DNA of 63,184 bases, counting the filler, from Collodictyon triciliatum (lineage: Eukaryota), in assembly GCA_043381765.1 (NCBI GenBank). It is 8 parts of 8 records of this genome, joined end to end, with 100 filler letters (N's around TTAATTAATTAA, not from the genome) between each part and the next. Parts side by side here need not be neighbours in the genome. Positions count along the whole stretch, not along the records: positions 54,260 to 63,184 come from JBHJMP010003231.1; 7 more parts are not named here. One strand, written 5' to 3'. Of the stretch, positions 54,356 to 63,184 are shown piece after piece (the stretch's first letter is position 1; the number at the start of each line of letters is the position of its first letter). The notes under the pieces were generated by a model that saw only the letters and a program-made list of their open reading frames with translations, was not told the origin of the DNA and searched no databases. Position numbers and translations under genes: made by a program.

Positions 54356-54948
54356 ACATGAAACTAAAGGAAAAGAAACAAAAAACTAGACAGAAATGAA
54401 GAAAATCCATCCGTACTCACAAAAGAACATTTTTCACTTTTGTTCTATTTATTATCTTTATTCCTGCATACCTATTCTACTACCATACCTATTCTTCTGA
54501 GATCTTTCTTTTTATTTTGTTGTCACACATATTTATCAATCCTCTCATCACTCATGCCCACATTTCGCTCTCCCTTAATCCTTTTTTTAAATGTCTAGAT
54601 ATTGCATTATTTTTTTTTGCCATCTTTAAGGGAAGAATCTCAGTACTCTATCCATTCTCCTCTTCAGTGGTGGAAAACTGTATTAATACTAGGAAATTTA
54701 AAAGGTGTGATCAAGATGTTCTGATTTGCGGTTTTACTAAATAAAAAGCGTACTAATTTATTGTAAGGTTTTTTTTAAAACAAAGTTTATGAAATTTCAA
54801 GACAACCTCAAAATGCGTGTCGAACGGAAGAATTCATAGTCTTAACCAAATAACATCGCGTACTTCCATTTTATAATTTTGTTTCAATAACTTCAAATTG
54901 TGGTACCATTCACTACTATCTTTGAAAGGAGGCTACATTATCTAAAAT

Positions 54949-55000
54949 GTAAAAGCATTCAAATTTTCTTTATTCAATTAAAGTAAATGCAGTCAAATTT
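54949..55000 (-). mobile_element. Diverged family A micro-retroposon: 16-nt insert, 18-bp TSD
   Basis: GTAAAAGCATTCAAATTT [TCTTTATTCAATTAAA] GTAAATGCAGTCAAATTT (16/18). Confidence 0.65.
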
Positions 55001-55013
55001 AATCATATGGTTT

Positions 55014-55285
55014 AGATGTTCACCCTGAAGTTTTTCCCCTTTATTCTTTTCAAGGAAAGGGGGTTTAGGTTTTTTCAACAGTCCAACTAGGTTATTTGCG
55101 CCTTAGTTGAAACCTGTGACATGTGTCAGGTTGGTACGGAAACTAGATCCATGGCTCACCAAAATGCCACCCTCGAGGGTTGAGGATAATTACAACTATG
55201 AAGCTGCAACTACTAGTGACTCTGACCTGGATTCGATCCAAGGCCAAATTTCCCCAGGAAGCGAATGAGATGTTCACGTTAAAGT
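55014..55285 (-). mobile_element. SINE-like 236-bp insert (55032-55267) with 18-bp TSD
   Basis: AGATGTTCACCCTGAAGT / AGATGTTCACGTTAAAGT (15/18). On the minus strand, a tRNA T-arm/B-box-like CTTGG-ATCGAAT-CCAGG lies near the 5' end and the tail reads TTGAAAAGAATAAAGGGGAAAA. Confidence 0.6.
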
Positions 55286-55556
55286 AATAGACTTTGTCTT
55301 TTAATTTTGAGTTCGATGATGATTTTTTTTTAAAATTTAAAAGTTGCTCCGAAAATTTGCATTTTTAACTTTTAATTGAAGTATTTCAATGATTCATACA
55401 ATGGTTTTTATCTTAGTCTTTGTAACAATATCAGCAATATTATTCCAGATGATTGGATAAACTTTCTAAATGGATCACTTAAAATGAGTTCATGATTAGA
55501 GATTGGTCTTTGGTGTCAAAGAGAGGTTAATGATCAATGAAATTTAACTAACTATT

Positions 55557-55611
55557 AAATATTAGCATTCTGTATTGTGAATGAAATAAAGGAAAAATAT
55601 CGGCGTTTTAT
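55557..55611 (+). mobile_element. Old family A micro-retroposon candidate
   Basis: AAATATTAGCATTCTGT [ATTGTGAATGAAATAAAGGAA] AAATATCGGCGTTTTAT (12/17, all mismatches transitions). Confidence 0.4.
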
Positions 55612-55618
55612 TCTTATT

Positions 55619-56016
55619 ACATTCTTAGCAGTGATGCGAGGCCATTTGCTATGGACTATGTGGATAGTACGCATATACTCACGCAAAGCAAGACTCAATA
55701 ACCAGCCATTCATTCCTGATAATAGGCTGGATGACATCATACAAATCTATTTTCTCAATAGCTTTCTTCGCCACCTGCACGTTCTCTACTACTCTGACTC
55801 CGTGAGAAGAGGCATGTGGAAAGATGCAGAGAAAGATATTCAAACTCGCCTTGGCTCTCCCATGCAAGCACAAGACCCAGGCTACAGGCCAAAGCGCAGG
55901 GTGCAATTCCTGATTACCGACTACTTCACCGCCACCCGGCCAACAAGTAGCGTCCATGCAAACAATGACTACGAAATCAAATCCAACATACCCACTATCT
56001 CACACAAATTGATAAG
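55619..56016 (+). mobile_element. 5'-truncated L1/Tx1-like retrotransposon 3' fragment (older copy)
   Basis: Aligns with the reverse complement of 62650-63056 (about 10 mismatches in a ~100-nt stretch counted by eye); encodes RGHLLWTMWIVRIYSRKARL... Confidence 0.75.
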
Positions 56017-56845
56017 GACGATCAATATTATATCATATTGACTTGCTAATTATGATATGATAGTAATTATGCGCTGAAAGCCACCTCTGGAGCGCCGAAG
56101 TCATCTAGAAGGAAATATTATATCCTAAAATATAATCACACATACATCTTCATAACTACGTCGAATCATAACGTTTTCATAGTTGAGAATGTATGAAACC
56201 AGGAGCATCTTCTTCATACATTCCAATTAAATTTCAGTTTCTATATAGTAATATTTGAATATGGTTTGCTATTCTGCCCTCCCACAGTTAATAATTTCAT
56301 TTTTGTTCAATCTAATTTAGCGAATCTTATTGATTAAAAATACTAATTTGTTTCATGATATACCATAATTCTGATTAAAACCAATAATTAATCAAATTTT
56401 AATATTACCGAATGCAGATGCTATTTTTCCGCAAAATAAATTTGTGATATACTTTATATAGATACAGTCCATGGAGATTTATTGCAGTCCGCGTTTATAA
56501 ATTCATATGTATATATTGAATTATCTGTCAAAATTATTGTCTTTATTGATTCGGTTATGGGAAAATCATCTAATTCTGCGATTAAAAATGAAAATTTTAC
56601 CTAATTGGGGGTTTTAAGGAAATATCTTATTCAATGCTCCATATGAATTGAATCAAATTAAAGATTTATGTCATATTGATAATAAAAAATCAAATATTTA
56701 CTATAACATTCGAAATGTATTGAGTTAATGGCAAGGGCAAAAATGAAAGGAATTAAAATGTGGATGGCATAAAATTTTCAAAAAACAATTATATGAGATA
56801 ATTTTTTAATAACCAAATTATAATGAAATTACTGATATAGATCCT

Positions 56846-59800
56846 ATGACTTCGAAATTTCATACGACACCGGCTTTTTTACTAAGTTTGTTTAAGTTAT
56901 ATATTGCTTATAACAGCCTTAAATTTATGGTTTTAATGTTTTATTTTTATTTTTTAGTTTTGGTATTGTTCTGCCATTTATATCATGTGGACGGGCAGGA
57001 TTACTTAATTCGAACTATCTTTGGGCATACTGGAGCTGTTTTCAGTGTTGACATTTCCCCAGATAACTCAAAAATTGCCTCTGGAAGTGCTGATAGAACA
57101 ATTAGAATTTACAATCTATATGATGGTTCTTTCCTTCGTTCTTTAATTGGTCACACTGCAAATGTACCTTCTGTTGTTTTTGCTATGGGAGGTTCAAGAA
57201 TTGTATCGAGCAGTGATGATAGAACAATCAAGATATGGGATACCTCCGATGGAAGAAACATAAATACTATTCGGGCGCATCTTGACAATATTCCTGCACT
57301 TTGCATAACGTCGGATAGCTTAAAAATCATATCGGCCAGTAAAGACACATCAATAAAAGTATGGAATTTTTCAGACGGAAGTTTGATTCGCACATTAAAT
57401 CAACATACAGCTGAAGTACTGAGCGTTTCAATGACTCCTGATAATTCGAAAATTGTAACCGGAAGTCGGGACAGAACCATCAAAATCTGGGATATTTCAA
57501 ACGGATATGTGATTCGCACATTGATTGGCCAAAATAGTAACGTTTGGGGCATCACCATTACTCGTGACAGTTCAAAAATTGTGTCTGGAGGAGAAGATAA
57601 AACACTCAAAATATGGAATCTATCTGATGGAACTTTGATTCGTACATTAGTTGGACATACAAATTTTGTTCCTGGTGTAACTATAACCCCAGATGACTCC
57701 AAAATAATCTCTGGAAGTGCTGATACGTCAATAAAAATTTGGAATCTTTCAGACGGAACTCTGTTGCGAACATTAACTGGACATACCGGGATGATTTGGT
57801 GGGCCCTAAAGACATCGAAAGACGGATCAAATATTATTTCTGGAAGTTTCGATGGCACGATTAAAATTTGGGGAATATGTAGTTCAGGATACTATTACGA
57901 CAATGTTCTCAAATCTTGTAAAATGTGCCCAGCTGGGAGTTACAGTACTGGAGGGACCACGGTGTGCTCAAAATGCCCACCTGGTACCTACAATCCATTA
58001 AATGCACAGTATTCCTGCAAGTCTTGTGCTAGTGGAACATACAATCCTCTCACTGGGTCCATATATTCAACCGATTGCATTCCATGCAGGGCTGGAACAT
58101 ACAACCCACACACTGGGTCTGTTAATTTAACTGATTGCATTCCATGCAAGGCTGGAACATACAACCCGCACATTGGGTCTGCTAATTTAACCGATTGCAT
58201 TCAATGCACGGCTGGGACATATAATCCTTCAATCGGCTCAATCAGCAGTGATTCATGCCTTAAATGCCCGAGTGGAACTTATGCATACGCTCCGGGTCAA
58301 ATTTTTTGTACTGAATGTGAAAAGGGGACTTATAATCAAGTCGACGGAGAGACGAAATGCCTTCCCTGTGCAGAGGGTTCTTTTAGCGACAAAAAAAGGG
58401 AATCTCAATGTAATAGTTGTGAACCTGGAACATACAATAATATAAGAGGACAAACATCATGTTTTGACTGTCCACTGGGCTTTCATAATAAAGAGTCAGG
58501 AAAATTTTTTTGTTCGCCTTGCCAACCAGGAACATATTCAAATTTATCAAAATCAATTAGCTGCCAAGAATGTCCTACTGGAACTTTCAGCTTAAAATCA
58601 GCCTCTCAGAGCGTTGAGGACTGTGTCCCTTGCGATGAAGGAACCTATTCGTCTAAAAAAGGTGCAATCTTTTGTAATTTATGTGAACCGGGAACATTCA
58701 GTGACAAAAAGGGACAACTCATATGTGAAAATTGCAGAGATGGAACATACAATCCGAAGTTTGGTTCAATCACTAATTCTTCATGTGTTAAATGTCCGAA
58801 AGGAACATATAGCAGTAAAAGAAAGGATGATTGTACACCATGTCCAGCTGGTACATGCAACAATAAAACAGGCTCATATAATCAATCATCATGTATTCCA
58901 TGTCCAAATGGAAGCTACAGCTCCGAAAGAAGCGCATCATGCAGCTTGTGCTCATCAGGATTCTATCAAAAAGAAGGAATCACAAAAGACTCTCAATCAT
59001 GCTATGCTTGTCCAAAAGGCACATTCAACTCAAACTCCGGCTCATATGGAAATAAATCATGTATTGAATGTCCACAAGGTACTTGGAATGATAGAGATGG
59101 TCTAGCATCATGCACATCATGTCCAGATGGAACATTCAATGATAAAACTGGGTCATTCAATCAATCATCATGCATTACATGTCCTAATGGAAGCTACAGC
59201 TCCGAGAGAAGCGCATCATGTAGCTTATGCTTATCAGGATTCTATCAAAAAGAAGAAATCAAAAAAAGATTCAAAATCATGTTATGCTTGTCCAAAAGGC
59301 ACATTCAACTCAAACTCCGGCTCATATGGAAATAAATCATGTATTGAATGTCCACAAGGCACCTGGAATGATAAAGACGGTCAAGCATCATGCACATCAT
59401 GTCCAGCTGGTACATTCAGTAACAAAACTGGCTCATTTGATTCTTCATCATGCATTTCATGTCCGAATGGAAGCTACAGCTTAAGTGGAAGTGCATCATG
59501 CAGCTTATGCTTATCAGGATTCTATCAAAAAGAAGGAATCATAAAAGACTCACAATCATGCTACGCTTGCCCAAAAGGCACATTCAACTCAAATTCTGGC
59601 TCATATGGAAACACATCATGCATTGAGTGTCCACAAGGTACTTGGAATGATAAAGACGGTCAAGCATCATGCACATCATGTCCACCTGGTACACTCAACA
59701 AAAAAACTGGCTCATTCAATCAATCATTATGTGTATCATGTCCGAATGGAAGCTATAGCTCAGAAAGAAGTGCGTCATGTGCATTATGCCTATCAGGATT

Positions 59801-62549
59801 ATATCAAAAAGAAGGAATTACAAAAGATTCAAAATCATGCCATGCTTGTCCACAAGGCACATTCAACTCAAATTCCGGCTCATATGGATACATATCATGC
59901 ATCGATTGTCCAAAAGGCACTTGGAATGATAGAGATGGTCAAGCATCATGCACATCATGTCCAGCTGGTACATTCAGTAACAAAACTGGCTCATTTGATT
60001 CTTCATCATGCATATTGTGCCCAGATGGAAGCTACAGCTCAGAAAGAAGCTCAGCATGCAGTTTATGCTCATCAGGATTCTATCAAAAAGAAGATATCAC
60101 AAAAGACTCAAAATCATGCTATGCTTGTCCAAAAGGCACATTCAACTCAAACTCCGGCTCATATGGAAATAATTCATGTATTGAGTGTCCTCAAGGTACT
60201 TGGAATGATAGAGATGGTCAAGCATCATGCACATCATGTTCAGCTGGTACATTCAACAACAAAACTGGCTCATTTGATGGATTATCATGCATTTCATGTC
60301 CGAATGGAAGCTACAGCTCAGAAAGAAGCGCATCATGCAGTTTATGTCTATCAGGATTCTATCAAAAAGAAGGAATCATCAAAGACTCACAATCATGCTA
60401 TGCTTGTCCAAAAGGCACATTCAACTCAAACTCCGGCTCATATGGAAATAATTCATGTACTGAATGTCCACAAGGTACTTGGAATGATAGAGACGGCCAA
60501 GCATCATGCACATCATGTCCAGCCGGTACATTCAACAATAAAACTGGCTCGTTTAATCAATCATCATGCATTTCATGTCCAGATGGAAGCTACAGTTCAT
60601 CCGGAAGCACCTACTGCAACTTATGTCCAACACGCTCTACAACTAAGAAAGAAGGCTCTGTAAGACTCCAAGACTGTGAATGCATGAATACATATGTGTC
60701 TTTTGGCGGTGTTTGCACATGTCCCCCAGGAAAATTCGAGGATGGGAGTCAATGTGTCAACTGCAGAGTTGGCTCGTATAAATTCACAAATGACACCGGT
60801 TTCTGTATTCTTTGTCTGAACAAATTTACAACCAAAAACAACGGTTCCGTGAACTCGACTGATTGTGGTTGTAAGAATGGGTTCAAATTGATAAACTCTA
60901 CGTGTCATTGTCAACCAGGATGGTACGAAAAGCAGGAAGAATGTTTCAAATGCTCTCCAGGTACTTTCAATCAGAATTACGGTCAAACCTTGTGCAAAGA
61001 CTGCCCTACAAATTCATATGCAAATATGACGGGCTCAACATCAATACACGATTGCAAATGCCTTTCAAACACATACCTTGACTCCAAGAGTAAACAATGT
61101 AAATCATGTCCAGAGGGTTTTATTTGTGATGGAAGTAGCAGCATTAGTGTTGCACCTGGATATTGGCAAGCACCAACATCAAATGGAGAATACATCGCTT
61201 TCAAATGCTTAAATCAAGATGCATGTAATGGAGGAAACAATACCTGTGCCGATGGATATACTGGAGCTTTATGCAGCGTTTGTGAAAAAGGATATGGAAA
61301 AGCAGGGTACTTTTGCATTAAATGTCCACCGAAGGGTATCAATGCTGTATTGATTTTCTTGAGCTTTTCTGTTCCCCTTGCCTTTGTTTTCTTCATGATA
61401 GAGCAGTCAAGACAGACAAGAACTGGTAACATTCAAATTCTGAAATCATTATCCACTCATTTTCAAGTTTTAACATACCTAGCAAACTTTGATGTAAAAT
61501 GGAGTACAGTCATCGTATCAGTGATGAAAATTCCAGCTTTGTTTTCCTTTTCACTTTCTATAGACAGCTACCCGATGGAATGTCAACTTGGACTGTCAGT
61601 ATATGACAAAGCACTGTACTCTATGTTAAGTCCGATAATATTGACAGGCGTTATGGTTGTATTCACTTTGTTAAGAGAAATGTGGCGGCTTTACAAGAAA
61701 GAAATATCAAATATCCAACTTACATTTGCTCATTTTCAACACGAAGTAACATACTCCATGCTAGTTCTGCTGTTTTTTGTCCATCCTTCCATTACTTCGA
61801 GCATTTCTGAAATATTTCCTTGTGAAACACTTGGAGATAAAAGCTATTTGAAGGCAGATATGTCAATTTTATGCGATAATGTCACATACAACTTATGGAG
61901 AAGCATCTCTTTTGCTTTTCTGATTACATATTGTTTTGCCGGTCCTATAGTGATATTGATACGAATTATTCGAAAAAAAGCGGCATTGAGCAATCCTACG
62001 TCCAAAACATATGCTTTGCTAAGGTTTTTGGTTGATGGCTATACGGAAAAGTGCCAATTCTGGGAGGTTGTGATGATGATGCAAAAGTTGGTCATTGTGA
62101 TGATAAGCACGTTTTTTTCAGCTTCGCTTCAAATCTACTTTGGGTTGTGGCTGCTCTTTCTCATGATAGCTTCAACCATATACTTCAAGCCATTCATATC
62201 TAATGTATTGAAAAAGTCGCAAATTCAATCACTCATGGTTCTCTATTTCACTTTGATGCTGAGTCTACTTTTCCGATACAACAATTTGAATAAAAAAACC
62301 GAAGTTGTGCTGGTGCTTTTGGTAGTTATTCTGAATGGAGGGATAGGAGGTGTTTTCCTTTCCAAAGCTGGCCCTGTAGTTTTGAGATTGGTTCTGACAA
62401 GTTTCTTATCTATGCTAAGTTCTCTTTGGAACTCAATGACTAATAATTACATTTCACAATATTTTTTCAAGACATTTACTAGAATACATCTGTCAAAAGA
62501 TACAGAAATGAACGACATGTCTCAATCGAAAGTTGCAGAGGAGTTCTAG
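56846..62549 (+). CDS. Intronless receptor-like protein: signal peptide, 7 WD40 repeats, long Cys-rich (GCC2/GCC3, ephrin-receptor-like) stalk and multi-TM C-terminus; one +1 frameshift at 59261-59267
   Basis: ORFs 56846-59335 and 59127-62549 join if one A is removed from A7. Likely start is M at 56927 (MVLMFYFYFLVLVLFCHLYHVDG). GH...SGSxDxTIKIW x7; CxxCPxGTY/F repeats; GYTGALCSVC, YLKADMSILC, FWEVV. Confidence 0.85.
58835..60600 (+). repeat. Intragenic tandem array of 279-nt (93-aa) units, about 6.3 copies
   Basis: CCA(A/C)AAGGCACATTCAACTC anchor at 59012, 59292, 59571, 59850, 60129 and 60408 (spacing 280, then 279). A separate 60-nt repeat lies at ~58030-58230. Confidence 0.93.
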
Positions 62550-62643
62550 TTATATTATCATTCTTAAGCAGTTTATTCATATAATAAAACACCTCAAAAT
62601 CGAATATGTAAGTATGCTTCTAATAAAATGTCACGAAAACACA

Positions 62644-63184
62644 TTTTTTATTCTTCCTTTCAATTTTGTGCAAGATGGTGGAGATGTTAGCTTTGGTTCG
62701 CTAGCCATCGTTTGCATGGACGCTACTTGGTGGCTGGAGGGTGGCGAAGTAGTCGGTAATCAGGAATTGTATCCTGCGGTTTGGCCTGTAGCCTGGGTCT
62801 TGTGCTTGCATGAGAGAGGCAAGGCGAGGTTTAATATCCTTATCCGCTTCTTTCCACATGTCTCTTCTCACAGGGTCTGAGTAGCAGAGAACGTGCAGGT
62901 GGCGAAGAAAGCTATTGAGGAAAGAGATATGCATGATGTCATCCAGTCTATTATCAGGAATGTGTGGCTGGTTGTTGAGCCTTGCTTTGCGTGAGTATAT
63001 GCATGCTATCCACATATTCCAGAGAAAATGGCCTCGCGTCACTGCCCAGAATGTTTTTGCATCTGGGCGCAGCTGTTGCAGAGGACCAAATATCGCCTGG
63101 ATTGGGCCAACAGCTGCAGCCGTCTTGAGTGTCAGTCGAAGAATCTCACCGGCTGTTTCGCGCAGGTTTTGAGCGAAGGGACAT
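62644..63184 (-). mobile_element. L1/Tx1-like non-LTR retrotransposon 3' end (ORF2 C-terminus, short 3' UTR, poly-A), running off the window
   Basis: The frame from the window edge reads CPFAQNLRET...HFLWNMWIACIYSRK, resembling the zf-RVT CPxAxxxW end and the LWxxW tail of L1-clade ORF2; it ends GAAGAATAAAAAA. The RT domain is not visible in the window. Confidence 0.72.

Noticed and set aside
58835-60600. Regular repeats considered as a CRISPR-like or DGR-like array
   Set aside because: Units are contiguous in-frame coding repeats with no unique spacers and no adenine-specific variation.
59605-60663. His-rich 352-aa overlapping ORF (and 58614-59105, 59227-59484)
   Set aside because: Shadow frame of the Cys/Ser-rich repeat (TCA TGC read as CAT GC); no independent evidence.
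55619-63184. Inverted repeats as terminal inverted repeats of a composite DNA transposon
   Set aside because: The copies are diverged, unequal in length, A-tailed and L1-like; no transposase or outer TSD is visible.

Overview
Intron-rich protist genomic DNA, probably amorphean and possibly amoebozoan, judged from the SRF-type MADS box and the DIL-domain tail. The window is not one locus: seven ~8.9-kb scaffolds are joined by N-TTAATTAATTAA-N linkers, so neighbourhoods across linkers mean nothing. Recognisable genes: SRF/MCM1 MADS factor, DDX24/MAK5 helicase, secreted LpqC/PHB-depolymerase-type esterase, first exon of a DIPP-type Nudix hydrolase, LRR protein, cytochrome-b5 front-end desaturase, DIL-domain protein tail, Golgi sulfotransferase, eIF5, a VOC-like protein, a single-pass membrane protein with about 5 tandem prokaryote-type glucodextranase-C/DOMON-like domains, the NDUFV1 3' end, a GAF-GAF-GAF-PAS cyclic nucleotide phosphodiesterase, the NAD kinase 3' end, and an intronless WD40 + Cys-rich + multi-TM receptor. 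The most striking unannotated signal is a retroposition system. About ten ultra-short (15-65 nt) poly(A)-tailed inserts in two families sit between 16-19 bp direct repeats, mostly in introns. Two of them duplicate a splice donor. Alongside them are a 236-bp tRNA-like SINE candidate and two L1/Tx1-like 3' fragments in inverted orientation around the intronless receptor. All assignments come from reading motifs by eye; no database search was run.
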